This document shows, one piece after another, positions 1-12,395 of a stretch of DNA of 64,000 bases. The notes beneath the pieces were generated by a model. That model was not told where the DNA came from. It made no database searches and was given only the letters and a program-made list of their open reading frames with translations. The position numbers were made by a program, and so were the translations under genes. The stretch comes from an uncultured Gemmatimonadaceae bacterium (lineage in GTDB: Bacteria > Gemmatimonadota > Gemmatimonadetes > Gemmatimonadales > Gemmatimonadaceae). The stretch lies in NCBI GenBank assembly GCA_963829055.1, contig CAWHHI010000020.1, positions 1-64,000 on the forward strand. The letters run 5' to 3'. Position 1 is the first letter of the stretch. Every line of letters starts with the position of its first letter.

Positions 1-187
1 CAACGGGCTTCTTCGTCTTCGAGAACGCTTCGAAGACCTGGGCGACGACGGCGCCCGACGTTAGGCCAGTGAGAGCGCCGGCAGTGCACGCCGCGCAGTT
101 GAGGGAACGGAAATCGACTTCGACGTTGTCCGCCATGGCGACCGTCGCCGCGGTGTTGACTGGTACCGTCACCGGGAATTTCGCCAT
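1..187 (-). CDS. Possible partial hypothetical protein running off the window edge
   Basis: ATG at 187 opens a stop-free frame to base 1 (MAKFPVTVPVNTAATVAMADNVEVDFRSLNCAAC...). No family recognised. Confidence 0.35.
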   Translation of the reverse strand, partial: MAKFPVTVPVNTAATVAMADNVEVDFRSLNCAACTAGALTGLTSGAVVAQVFEAFSKTKKPV

Positions 188-376
188 TGCTGGTCTTGTC
201 TTGCAAAGTGTCCATGATCCGACGGTCGCCCGAACATACGGACGTTCGTTCCCCGCCTGCCAGTGGTGCCCGATGCCCCGGAGGCGCGTCGGTCGCGGCA
301 CACGTGTGCGCCACCGAGCACTCGACGTTGGCGTTAGGCGCCCCGGCCTCGCGCGCGGCTGTCCTCCGACCCGGTT

Positions 377-460
377 GGGGTCAGACTCGAGTCTGACTCC
401 CGGACGGGCACTGGACGGTGCGTTCGAACGACCGATTGGGGTCAGACTCGAGTCTGACCC
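377..460. repeat. REP family A doublet (GGGGTCAGACTCGAGTCTGACCCC palindrome)
   Basis: Two copies of the palindrome at 377-400 and 437-460, with CGGTGCGTTCGAACGA in the spacer. Same motif flanks the RAYT gene. Confidence 0.9.
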
Positions 461-583
461 CAATTGCTCAAGGTCCCCAAGTTCCACGAAAGTGTCCGGA
501 TCGGGGCCCGGACGTGTACGCGCGCTGCACCCGGAGTGACCTTTCCCGCCATTCCAAAACCCCCACCCGTCACGGTGTTTACA

Positions 584-1183
584 ATGCGCTCCGTTCCCTA
601 CCTGACCGTCATTATCGCGCTCACCGGTGCCGCCGAGGCACTCGCGGCGCAGCCGACGCTGCGCCCGGCACTCAGTGGCCGAGCCACGAGCGTCGTCACG
701 CTCGCCGTTCCGCGCGATCCAGCGCAGCCCGCCGCCCAGCCGGCTGCCGCCCCGACCACGCCACCCATCACCATCGCGCTCGACTACGGCCAGCCCCACC
801 TCCGCGGACGCACGCTGCACACCGACAGCCTCGTGCCGTATGGCACACCGTGGCGCACCGGCGCCAACGACCCGACGACGCTCACGACCGGCGTCGATCT
901 CGTAGTCGGAGGCGCGACCCTCCCCGCCGGCAAGTACGTGCTCTACACGATCCCCAGTCGCGACGACTGGAAGCTCATCATCCAGAAGAGCGCCGGCCAG
1001 ACGGCGGAGTACGATCCCAAGCACGACGTCGCCCGCGTGGACCTCCGCCGCCAGTCGCTCACCGAGCCGGTCGAGAGCCTAACGATGTGGCTCATCCCGT
1101 CCTCCGCGCCCGGGAAGGCCCGCGGCGAGCTGCGGCTGGCCTGGGGACGAACCGTCGTCTCCACAGACTGGTCGGTGAAGTAA
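584..1183 (+). CDS. DUF2911 domain-containing secreted protein
   Basis: Signal peptide from ATG 584; motif DYGQPHLRGR...LVPYGTPWRTGANDPTTL...AGKYVLYTIP. Confidence 0.85.
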   Translation: MRSVPYLTVIIALTGAAEALAAQPTLRPALSGRATSVVTLAVPRDPAQPAAQPAAAPTTPPITIALDYGQPHLRGRTLHTDSLVPYGTPWRTGANDPTTLTTGVDLVVGGATLPAGKYVLYTIPSRDDWKLIIQKSAGQTAEYDPKHDVARVDLRRQSLTEPVESLTMWLIPSSAPGKARGELRLAWGRTVVSTDWSVK

Positions 1184-1328
1184 CCGAACCTCGGGGGACG
1201 AGCCGTCTGGCGCGTGCCGGTGTGGCGAGACAAGCTGTAGACGCCTGTGCCCGCCTGTTACAGGCGGGCACGAGCTGTAGGGCGGCTCGAACCACCTCCG
1301 CTATCCCGGTATCCCGGCGAGGAACGGC

Positions 1329-3807
1329 ATGGAAACCCTGATGCAGGACATTCGCTACGCGGTGCGAGGCCTCCGCAAGGCGCCCGCGTTCACGCTCGTC
1401 GCGCTCCTGACGCTCGCCCTCGGCATCGGCGTCAACAGCTCGATCTTCAGCGTCGTCAACGCGATTCTGTTTCGGCCGCTGCCCGTCGACCGGCCTAACG
1501 AGCTGGTCGACATCTACGGCCACGAGGCCACGTCGTCCGAGCACGAGACGCACTCGTACCCGAACTACGTGACGTACCGGAGCCAGACGACCACGCTCTC
1601 GGACCTCATCGGGTACTCGAACTTCTTCGCGCACCTGTCGATCGGCGGGAGCTCCGACCTCGTCGTCGGCGAGCTCGTGACCGACAACTACTTCCGCACG
1701 CTCGGCGTTCGGCCCGCGCTCGGGCGCGTCTTCGCCGGCGACGAGGCGTCGGCCATCAGCGCCTCGGCACTCGCCGTCCTGAGCGACCGCTTCTGGAAGA
1801 CCAAGTTCGCGGGTGCGCCGGACGTCGTCGGCAAGACGTTCAAGATGAACGGGATCGTCTACACCGTGATCGGGGTCGCGCCGCCGGAGTTCCGCGGAAT
1901 GATGCCCGCCGTCACGGCGCAGATGTGGATCCCGGTCACGATGGCCGAGAAGGTCGAGACGTTCGGAAATCAGCGCACGTCCGGGCGGTCCACCGGCGAC
2001 ACACGCTTCGAGCGCCGCGGCCAGGGCTGGATGTGGCTCAAGGGCCGCATGAAGCCGGGCATCGAGCCTGCACAGGTGCGCGCCGAGTTCGACGGGCTGG
2101 TGCGCCGTCTGGGCGAGGACGTACCCGGAGACCATGGCAAAGGAGCGGATCTCCGTCGTCCCGACGCGCGACGTACGCATCAATCCGGACTTCGACTCTA
2201 CCCTCACGCCCGCGGGACTACTGCTGGTCGCCGCCGTCGGACTGGTGCTCGTGGTCGCGTGCGCGAATCTCGCGAATCTCATGCTCGCGCGCGCCGCGGG
2301 GCGTCGGCGCGAGATCGCGGTGCGCGTGGCGTTAGGCGCCGAGCGCGCGAGGCTCATCCGTCAGCTGCTCACGGAGAGCGTTCTGCTCGCGCTGCTCGGT
2401 GGCGCGCTCGCGCTGCCGCTCGCCGTCGTGCTCTCGGGAGTCATTGCGCGGGTGCAACCACCGCTGCCCATCGACCTCGGGCTGGCGGTGAGTCCCGACT
2501 GGCGCGTCCTGGTCTTCACGTTCGTGGTCGCGATCGTCACCGGCGTCGTGTTCGGGCTCGTCCCCGCGCTGCGAGCGTCGCGGCCTGATCTCGTGCCGGC
2601 GCTCAAGGACGCGAGCGCGACCGGCAAGCGGCGGCATTTCGAGCTGCGCGACACGCTCGTCGTCGTGCAGGTCGCCGTGTCGCTCGTGCTCGTCGTCGGC
2701 GGCGCGCTGCTCGTGCGCAGTCTGGCGGCCGCGGGGCGCGTGCCCCTCGGCTACGACGGCGACCGCACGGCATACCTATCGCTGGCGCTCGAGATGAACG
2801 GGTACGATCGCGTGCGCGGCGGACAGTTCCTCGAGGACGGGCGTGCAGCGTCTCGAGGCGCGTGCCGCAGGTCCAGGCGGTCGCGCTGACGAGTCGGCTC
2901 CCGCTCTCGCTCAACAACAACGGCTTCTCCCTGTACATCCCCGGCCACGAGACGGCGGACAACCGGCCGATAGCGATCGACGGCGCCTACGTGGACGAAC
3001 GCTACTTCGACGCGCTCGGCCTAACGATGCTGGCGGGACGAGACATCGAGCCGGCGGATCGCGACGAGTCGCGCCGCGTGGCCGTGATCACGAACACGAT
3101 GGCGCAACGCTACTGGCCCGGGTCGGCGGACGAACGCACTGAGTCGCGAGTTTCGACTCCGCGAGGGCGACGAACCGTATCGTGTGATCGGCGTCGTCGC
3201 GGACTACAAGGTGGACACGCCCGGGGAGAAGTCGAAGTCGTACATCCACCTGCCGCTCGGCCGGCAGGACTCGTTCGGCAACTTCGTCGTGCGGACGTCG
3301 GGCGCGGCGAATGGGATGGTGCCCGTGCTGCAACGCGAGCTGCGCGCGCTCGATCCTGAGCTCGTGTTCCTCGACCGCGGCACGATGCGCGATCTGGCGG
3401 ACGTTAGGCTCTTCGCGGTGCGGGCCGGTGCGTGGCTGATCGGTGCGTTCGGGGCGTTCGCGCTCGTCGTGGCGGCGGTCGGGCTCTACGGCGTCATCGG
3501 GTACTCGGTCAGCCGCCGCGTCCGCGAGATCGGCATCCGCAAGGCGCTCGGCGCACGGCCGGGCCAGCTGCTGGGAATGGTGCTCGGTGAAGGCATGGTG
3601 CTCGTGGCCATCGGCGGCGTGATCGGCGCCGTCCTGGCAGGGGCGACGGCGCGCGTGCTGTCGAGTGTGTTGTTCGTGGGTCCGTTCGACGCGGTCAGCT
3701 TTGCCCTGGCCTTCGGCGTTCTCGCGTTCGTCGCGCTGCTGGCCAACGCGGTGCCGGCGCTCCGGGCGGCACGGGTCGATCCGATGGTCGCGTTACGGTC
3801 GACCTAG
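1329..3807 (+). CDS. ABC transporter permease, duplicated MacB-PCD/FtsX (ADOP type); about 3 frameshifts
   Basis: MQDIRYAVRGLRKAPAFT..LALGIG, ACANLANLMLAR..RRREIAVRVALGA, GLYGVIGYSVSRRVREIGIRKALGA and RAARVDPMVALR lie in consecutive ORFs 1329, 2134, 2862 and 3184. Confidence 0.9.
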
Positions 3808-4007
3808 GACTGGGCGCTCACGGCTCGCGAGCCGTGAGCGCACGGTCGTCTTGCCCGGCGCACCCACATTGTGACTAGCGCTCTGGTGCGCGAGCCCCAT
3901 ACTTGATGTCCCGTCACGTCTTCCACGATGAAGGCGGGCGTACGGCTCGCGGGCACCGGCGATGGTGAGCGCGAAGAGCATTCATTGCCAACGCGGATGA
4001 GTTTCGC

Positions 4008-5622
4008 ATGCGTCGTCTCGCCGCCGCTCTTCTTGCTCCTGTGTTCACCGCGGCCCTAACGGCGTGCGCGAGGCCGACCACGCAGGTCGGCACCGTCGCT
4101 CCGCAGGCCGTGAGTGCGGAGCAGCTCGAACACCAGCAGCTCGTCATCGAGAACCTTCGCCAGCAGCAGCGCGTCGAAGACGTCGGCCACGCCCTTCTGG
4201 CGGCGGCCACTCCGTTTTGCCCTGGTGGGCTCGCACCACGCGTGGGAGTTCGCTTCGCGAACGTCCACTCCTTCCCCCCCGAGGATCAGGAAGCCGCTCG
4301 CTCACTCGGATTCACCGACACGCTCGTCATCGTCGGCGTGGCCCGGGGCTCGACGGCGGCGCGCCATGGATTCTTGCCAGGCGACCGCGTCGTCGCGGTG
4401 GACGGTGGCCCACCACCCCGGGGGCCTAACGCGGTGTCGCAGCTCGCCAGCACGTTCGCGGGCCGGCCCACCTACGCCCCGAGGCTGACGCTCGAGCAGG
4501 GACCGGCCCGGTTCATCGCGGACGTCGGCTCGGCGGGCAACGCGGCCGTCGCGACCGCCGCGCGCGACGGAGGACAACTTCGCGTCGCGATGCCGGCAGA
4601 CACGGTCGTGCGGGTTCAACCTCGTTGTGGCACGAAACGATGATCTCGACGCCTGGGCCGACGGCGTGAACGTCACGGTCACCTCGGCAATGCTTCGCTT
4701 CGTCGCCGACGATGATGAGCTGGCGGCGGTCCTCGCACACGAGATCGCGCATACCGCGTTGCGTCACGTGCCGGCGCAGCAGAAGAACCCGGCCACGGAC
4801 GGCCAGCCCAGCGCGATCGGTGACGGCGCGACGGTGTACTCCCAGGACTTCGAGGGCGATGCGGACTACGCGGCCATGTATGTGCTCGCGCGCGCGGGAC
4901 GGCCGATCGCGACGGTGGCGAATCTCTGGCGACGGCTGGCGCAGGGGAATCCCGCCGGCATGAAGTACGCGTCCGCGCACCCGACGACGCCCGACCGATT
5001 CGTTAGGCTCGAGGTTGTCTCGCGCGAGATCGAGCAGCAGATCGCACGGGGCGCGGAGCTGCGGCCGGCGATGCGCGATGGGTCTCCGTCACCAGGGTCA
5101 CCAGGGAGCGCGGTCGCGCAGGCACCGGCGAAAACCGGTGCCGCCGCGCGCCGCGCCGCGTCAGCTACAGCGGCCGTGCTCGTCGACAGGGGGACTCAGT
5201 CGACCGCGTTGGTGCAGGTGCCCAGAGAGTCGGCGCCAACCCGGCCCTCGAGCGCCGGCGACGTAGCACTGATCAGCACCACGACGATCGTCCGCGGGGA
5301 CACGGTGTCGTACACCTTCGGTCCGCCAACGTCGAGAAACGGGTTGAGCGTCCCGCAGGTGCGACGCCATGCGCGTGAGGCATACGACGACGGGCGCGAG
5401 GCGCTGGAGCTCCGGCTGTACCAGCGGGCCGAGGACAAGTTTCGCGAGGCGATCCTCTACGACGGTAGCGACGCGCGCTACCACGCGGCACTCGGTGCCG
5501 TCCTCCTGAAGCGCGGCAAGCCCCTGGAGGCGGAGGCAGTGCTCAGCGCGGCAGTGCTGCTGGATGTCGAGAACGCCGGGTATCGGCAACTTCTGGTCGA
5601 GGCTCGGAAGCGCGACGAGTAG
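4008..5622 (+). CDS. M48-family metalloprotease lipoprotein with PDZ and C-terminal TPR; frameshift near 4610
   Basis: Lipobox LTAC, PDZ-like GFLPGDRVVAVDG, ELAAVLAHEIAH zinc motif, EGDADY, HPTTPDR and a TPR-like C-terminus. Confidence 0.8.
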
Positions 5623-5711
5623 TGGAGCAAATCAGAGATCAGGATAGCATGTCGGTGCGCGTCGCCTAACGTGACCGGTCTGCTTCCGGCGCCGGTCCAG
5701 CGGCAGCGGAA

Positions 5712-6066
5712 TTTTCACCGCGGAGGACGCAGAGCACTGCTTCAGCAGCCATCCAGAAGCGAGGGTGTGAACGGAAACGGCCGGAACCATCGGATCGGGC
5801 GGATGGGGCAGTGACCGGGCAGGCGGCGGGCAACGAGCCGTCATTGAAGGGGAACGGCCTCGGGGACGCAGTGATCTCGCGAGGCCGCTCCCCTTTTTCG
5901 ACGGCCCCGCGAGACGTCCGTCCGAGTCGCGATCGGATCGGGCCGTTTCAGTCGTTTCCGACCGTTTCCGTTCACACCCTCTGTTTTGGATGTCGTGTCG
6001 AAGTGGTTCGTCTGGATGGTTGCCGAAGCGGTCCTTGGCGTCCTCTGCGTCCTCCGCGGTGGAAAA
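5712..6066. repeat. Nested inverted-repeat element (MITE-like)
   Basis: Perfect 19-bp outer IR at 5716-5734/6043-6061 and perfect 20-bp inner IR at 5761-5780/5962-5981. Confidence 0.8.
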
Positions 6067-6130
6067 TGCTCCGTTGCACTGTCGAACCCAGCGGCGACAG
6101 CTGTAGGCGCGCCGCCAGCACAGCCGGGCC

Positions 6131-7556
6131 TCACCGCCGCTGGAACCTGAAGCCCGTAGCCCGTCCCGCCCCAATCGTGAACCCGGTCGCTGCTGCGCCG
6201 GGCGCGCTGCGTTCGAAACGAACCGTTTGCCCGCCGCCCCGGAACGTATCGGGACCGATCGGCACGAGCACCTGCATCGGGACGTGATGCCCCGCGTACG
6301 TGAGGCGACCGTCGCGCCAGGTGACGTGATACGTCGCGTCCACCTCTTCACTGTAATAGTCGCCAGCGAGACTCGCGAAGTCGGCGTTCGCGCCGCTCGT
6401 TAGGCCTCCGTCCGCGGGAGGGCGCTGCGGCGGCTGCGGCCGCACGTTGCGTCTTCGGACCCATCTTGTCGCCCAGGTAGACCTCAGCCACCGCCTCGGC
6501 GAGCGGTCCGGTATTGATCGCGCCAAGGTTGCAGGTCTCGAGCACCGTGAAGTGCTGCTCGGGAAAGCGGTAAATGTGCGCCTTGTACCCCATGAGCGCG
6601 CCGCCGTGCTCCGTCGTGCGCAGACCACGGTATGAGGCGACGTTGTTGCCGAATGCGTATGGGAGCGTGTCCCCCGAGGTCAGCACGCCGCGCGTGTGAA
6701 TCATCTTCTGCAGCGCCTCACCGCCCACCTTGTGCGTGTAGTAGTTCTCGTCCCACTTCCGCAGGTCGTCGAGAGTCGTATAGAGCCCCCCGGCACCGAT
6801 CTTGTCGAAATTCTGCATGTACGAGATGCGATAGGCACCCGCACTGTCGCGCTCGTAGCTCATCGCCCGCTTCTTCATCACGTGCCCGGGGTCGTCATGG
6901 AAATGCGTGTGCGTCATCCCGAGCGGCTGGAACATGCGCTCGTCCGCAAACACTCGCAGTGACTTTCCCGTCACGCGCCTAACGAGCTGCGCCATGAGGA
7001 AGTAGCCGGAGTTACTGTACAGATGCGCACTCCCCGGTGTGAAGTTGAGCGCCTTCTGACGCGCGATCAGCGCGACCGCCTCCGAGTCCGCGTACACATC
7101 CTCCATTCGGAGCCCCGCGATCCCCATGATCCCATACACGTCGCGAATGCCACTCGTGTGGTGCACGAGATGCCGGATCGTGATCGGCGATCCGTAGTCC
7201 GGCATCTCGGGGAAGTATTTTCGAATGTCGTCGTCGAGTGAGACCTTGCCGTCGAGCACGAGGAGCCCGAGGGCCGCGGCCGTGAACTGCTTCGAAACGG
7301 ACCCGACGTAATACACCATCTCCGGGCCATTCGGGATGTCGTAGTCGAGGTTCGCCATCCCGTAGCCGCGCTGATAGATGAACCGCCCGTTTTGAACGAC
7401 TCCGACCGCACAGCCAGGTGAGTCCGGCTTGTCCCACTCGGCGAAGATGCGATCGACCTTCGGATTCGGAGGAAACTGCTGCGCCTCGGCCGAACTGCCG
7501 GCTGCAATCAGGGCGCACACGGTCACGGTGAAGGCGACGCGGATCGTCGATACCAT
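6131..7556 (-). CDS. Serine hydrolase, beta-lactamase/AmpC-like family; frameshift near 6410
   Basis: Signal peptide, SVSKQF (SxxK), LVHHTSGIRD, YSNSGY and HGG. C-terminus continues in another frame. Confidence 0.88.
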
Positions 7557-7598
7557 GGGAGATCGCTCCTCTCGTTAGGCCTGCCGAGCGGGTCAGAT

Positions 7599-7674
7599 GT
7601 CATTCCGAGCGAAGCGAGGAATCCTTGCTCTCTTTATCGGGAGGCCAAGGATTCCTCACTGCGTTCGGAATGAC
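7599..7674. repeat. Repeat family B hairpin (GTCATTCCGAGC...GGAATGAC)
   Basis: Imperfect palindrome GTCATTCCGAGCGAAGCGAGGAATCC / GGATTCCTCACTGCGTTCGGAATGAC. Confidence 0.85.
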
Positions 7675-7680
7675 GACCGC

Positions 7681-8993
7681 TCAGCTCTTCGGGATGTTCG
7701 GGTTTCCGATTCGCTCCACGGTCGGCAGCGGGAAGCATTTCGTGTCGCCATACGGCAGACCCGTCGCGTCCACTCCAGTGGGGTGAATCGAGCCGGGCTC
7801 GCCCTTGAACGGGATCGCCCACGGCGTACCCCGGAAGCGGAGATGATCGTTCAGCCGGTGACCGCCTTCGGCGAACATCTCGCGCCGACGCTCCTCGATC
7901 ACCTGAGCGATGACCTCGGTCTGGGTCGCGGTGCCGCCCGCATCGTAACCCGGAATGCCGGCCGCCGCATGCATCGCGTTGATCAGCTGCCGGGCCGTCC
8001 CCAGGTCGTTCGTTCGCGCGGACGCCTCGGCGATGATCAGCCGTGCTTCCTTGAACGACGTGATCACGACCGGGAACGAGCGCGATGTGTGCTTGTTCGT
8101 GGGGAAGTAATGGATCTGGGCGTTGTCGAACGCCAGCTGGTTTTTCGTCGAGACGGCGACGCGCGGATCGGGCACACCAGCCCACGTGATCGCGCGGTAG
8201 TTAGGCGCGACGGTCGCGTGCCGGTTCGTTGCGCAGGTGACGTACTCGCAGAGCGCATTGTAGCGCCGCGTGTCGCTATCGTCGCGCGTGGCGTTCTTGA
8301 CGTAGGTGGCCGGAATGAGCCTCGCATCGGCGAGCGCTCCCGCATAGTTCCCGAGGTCCAGCCTGACGCGCGCCCGGCCGGCCAGCGACATGTTCAGAAT
8401 GTCCTGGTTGTTCGCCGCTGTCGCGAGCGCGATTGCCTCTGTGAAGCGTGTCTCGGCGAGCGGCGAGCACTTCCTTCGGCGTCATGAGTGGTCCGCCATC
8501 GATCGCCATCTCGCAGAAGCCTTCGCCGAGTGCGAGCAGCGCGTACGCGCCGTACGCCTTCACCGTCGCCTTGAGGAGCGTCCGGTTCGCCACCTGCGCG
8601 TCGGTGAACTTGTCGAGGCGATTGAACGAATCCTCGGCCTGGAACCGCGCCGTCTGCAGCGTCGTGTAGATGCCGTACTGGGTGCGGCAGCTTCCCTGCG
8701 CCATGTCGGCATCGTCCGCCGTGATCGCGGCGCGACGCCCAGTTGCGCTGGTTCAGGTTGCCCGACGCCTGAATGAACTCGTCGCCGATGAGCGCGGCCG
8801 CCGCGACGTAGTTGTTCCAGGCACACTCGAAGTCGGAGACCACGCTGGCCACCATGGTGGGCGCCAGTGCCGGGTCATTGAGCGCTTCTTCCTGCACGCG
8901 GCCTGGCACGTGCACGTCGAGGATGTCGCTGCAGGCAGCGATCGGGAGAAAGACGAGCGCGAGCCCGAGCGTCAGTGCGTGGCGGTTCGTCAT
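7681..8993 (-). CDS. RagB/SusD-family outer-membrane lipoprotein; frameshifts near 8460 and 8730
   Basis: Lipobox IAACSD, EARLIIAEA and IEERRREMFAEGGHRLNDHLR. Directly downstream of SusC. Confidence 0.88.
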
Positions 8994-11900
8994 GGCGTCA
9001 CCCGCAGTGCGAGAAGAACGCGACGGAGCTGCGGCCAGCCTTCCTGGTTGTAGCCGGTCAGGCCGCCGGGATCTGCGCCGGAGCCAGCGCTGTTACGTAC
9101 CTCGGGATCGGTCAGCTTCACGCCGAAGTCCGAGCGCTGCGCGACCCACAACGTGGCCATGTTCTGCGCCGACAGCGTCGCCGACGCGCGTGCCAAGCCG
9201 ATGGGGCGAAGCCACGACTGCGGGAACGTGTACGTCGCGCTCACCTGACGGAGCTTCGCGAACCCGCCGTCCACGATGCCCGGTTGGCGGCGCGTGTCGA
9301 GAATGTCGTACGCGAGGAGAATCGGATCCTTCGCCTCGAGAATGGAGCGCTGGTTACGGAACGACATGAGCGACGCGCGGATGTCACCACTCAGGATCTT
9401 GTTGCCGCCGAGGAAGTCGACGAGCGCGAACAGCTGGAGGTTCCGCCACAGCGTGAGTGTCCCGTTTGCGGACCCTTCCCACTCGGGCAGTGGATTCCCC
9501 CAGTACACGGCTGGTGCCTGCGCGCACGGTACCGCCGGCCCGCCGCCGGCAGAGAAGTTCGTTCCCGGCAGCACTGCTCCACTCTCGCACATCATGTTGG
9601 TGGCGCGAGGCGCACCATTCACCGTCGCGATGTCGGCCGAGAGCACTCGGCGCTGGAACATGCTGCCGAGTGGGAAGCCGGGAACGTGGTACTGCCCGAA
9701 CGTCGCATTCATCACGAGCGACGACGCGCCGCCGAGCGACGCGACCTCGTTCGTGTTGTGCGAGAACTTCATGCCGAGCCGGAGGTTGACGTTGCTCGAG
9801 CGCAACGCGTCGCCGGCGACATTGATCTCGTAGCCGTGATTGTCGACCTGGCCGATGTTCTGGAATTGCACGCCGGGGAAGCCTAACGACGGGAGCGCCG
9901 GGACCGATACGAGCGCGTCCTTCGTCTGCTTGCTGTACCAGGTGAACTCGAAGGCGACACGGTCCTTGAAGAGCGACGCGTCGAAGCCGGCTTCGATCTC
10001 CTCTCCGATCTCGGGCTTGAGATCGATGTTGCCGAGGTTCTGCGGCGTGAGCGTCGGTGTGCCGCCGGCGCCGGTCTCGGGTGCGTACGTGCGCAGCGCC
10101 GCGAACGCGTCGGGCTGCTGGCCGGCCTTCCCCCATGCCGACCGGAGCTTGAGCGACGACACGAACGGCACGTTCGCCGCGAACGACTCGTCGGTCACGA
10201 CCCAGGCCGCGCTCAGCTTCGGGTAACGTGTCGCCTTGTAGCTCTTGCCGAACGCACTGTTGTCGTCGCCGCGCATCGCCGCGGTGAGGTAGAGCCGGTC
10301 ACGCCACGAGAGCTGCTCCTGAATGTAGAGCCCCACGGTCTTGTTCTCGACGAAATTCTCCTGCGCCGTCTTGAGCGCGCCGGAGCTGATCGTCTCGAGG
10401 TCGTTGACGGGGAACGTCTCACCATGCGCCAGCACGGCCTCGGTCTGCTTTCGATAGTACTGCAGTCCGAACGCGGTCTCGAACTGGAGCGACGAGCGCA
10501 CCTTCGCCGTAGCGGTGGCCGAGTAGTCGGCGCTGACGAACGATGCGGATGAGTTCTCCACGTCGCGCCGGCCGAGCGGATTGAGGCTACCCACCGTGGT
10601 GATCTTCTTCCACAGGCTGCTGAGCTGCTGCTGCGTGAAGTCTCCGCCCACCGTGAGCCGATGCGAGAGCCAGCTGAGCGGCCGGTGGCGGAGCGTCGCG
10701 GTGAGCGTGCTGCGGTTCAGGTCCTCGTAGCCCTGGATGTCGTCCTCGAAGACTTCCGGTACGTACAGCAGGTAGCCGCGCAGCGGCCCGTCGAGACCGT
10801 TAGGCAGATTCTTCCCCGGCTCGCATCCCGGCGATGGGCACGACCAGAGGATGGCCGTGGTGATCGGCTGCTGCGCGCCGGCCGAGCGGAGCTGGCTCCG
10901 CTCGTAGCCCAGGCCGAAGTCGAAGGTGACCTTGTCGTTAGGCATGAACGTGAGGTTGCTCCGCCCGCTGAGCCGGTTCTTCCAGTTGTAATCCACGGCG
11001 CCCTCGTCCCGATCCCAGGCGCCGAAGAACATGTAGTTGAGAACGTCGGCGCCGCCGGAGACGGTCGCGTCGTACGACTGGGTGTGTCCGGTCGAGAACG
11101 GGCTGCCCTTGCACATGTCACCGGACTGCTCGTACGGTTTGGGGCAGCGCCCGTAGTAGCTCACGGGGAATCCCGACGGTACGGTCGTGCGCGAGCACGT
11201 TCGCATCCACGATCTCACCGGCTGCCGTCTTGTAGTACGAGTGCTGGAACAGGTTCTCCGGGTTCGGGAGCCAGTTCGCGCCCTGCTTCACCTGGTACGA
11301 GACGGTCGCGGCCCCGCGCACGCCGCGCTTCGTGAGCACGTTGATGACGCCGTTGGACGCCTCGGTGCCGTAGAGCGTCGCCGCGGCCGGCCCCTTGATG
11401 ATCTCGATGGATTCGATCTCTGAAGGATTGAGATCGTTGATGCGCGAGGGCGGATAGCGCGAATCGACGCCGACGCCCGGGAAGCTCCCGTTGTCGGCGG
11501 CCGCGTTGTTCACGCGCACGCCGTCGATGTAGAGCAGCGGCTCGGACATGAGCGTCATGCTGTTGGCGCCGCGAATGCGCGTGTTCCCGCCGGAGCCGAC
11601 GTCGCCGCCGGCCGACTGGACGCGCACGCCGGACACGCCATTCAGCAGCTGCTGCACGTTAGGCGGCGGCGCCAGCTTCGTGACCTCGGCGGCATTCACG
11701 AGGCCGATGGCGTTCCCGAGCTCTCGCTTGGTCTGCGCCTCCGGCGTCCCCGTGACGACGACCTGGTCGAGCGTCGTGGACGGTCCGCTCGAGGGAGAAG
11801 TTGACGGTCGCGGTTCCGTTGTCGCTGACGGTGACTTGTTGCGTCGCGCGCGCGTAGCCGAGTCGCCGGGCAACGAGCGTGTGGGTCCCGGCGGGCACGT

Positions 11901-12179
11901 TGGCGAGGCGGTACGCGCCTGCCGCGTTGGTGGAGGCGCCGAGCTGCGTGCCTTCGATCTGCACGGTCACGGCGTCGAGTGGCTCGTTCGTGTGCGCGAC
12001 GGTGACGGTGCCGGTGATGGTGCCCACCAGCTGTGGCGTTGTGGCTGCGCCGCGGCGCGGCTGCGTCGCGGTCGCGCGTCGGGTGGTCCGTTCGAGTCAC
12101 GATTCTGACCGGTCACCGCGAGCAGGGGCACGGCCATCAGGCCGGCGAGCAATGCGGGAACCCGAAGGAGACGATCCAT
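8990..12179 (-). CDS. SusC/RagA-family TonB-dependent receptor; about 3 frameshifts
   Basis: Carboxypeptidase-regulatory-like N-domain, plug (INDLNPSEIESIEIIKGPAAATLYGTEASNGVI) and barrel (RGDDNSAFG, LKLRSAWGKAG, GNIDLKPE). Confidence 0.92.
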
Positions 12180-12395
12180 GCGTTACCTCCGTGAGGTGTG
12201 CAGGGCGTGCGTTCCGAAATCGAGGCTCCGATCATTCTACGCCGCCGGGTGCGCGGGACAAGAGCGGTGCCGTGTCGGCCGCGCATGGCGCGCTATCCGG
12301 GGACTCGCCCGTCGATCCGGCCGGACGACGAAAATCGACACTGACCCCCAGTGGTGCAACGATGCGCCTAACGGCAAGAAGCGCACGCCTAACGT

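Noticed and set aside
6131..7556. Beta-lactamase-fold genes (also 49011..50360) as antibiotic-resistance genes
   Set aside because: They are generic serine hydrolase family members, and resistance cannot be supported from sequence alone.
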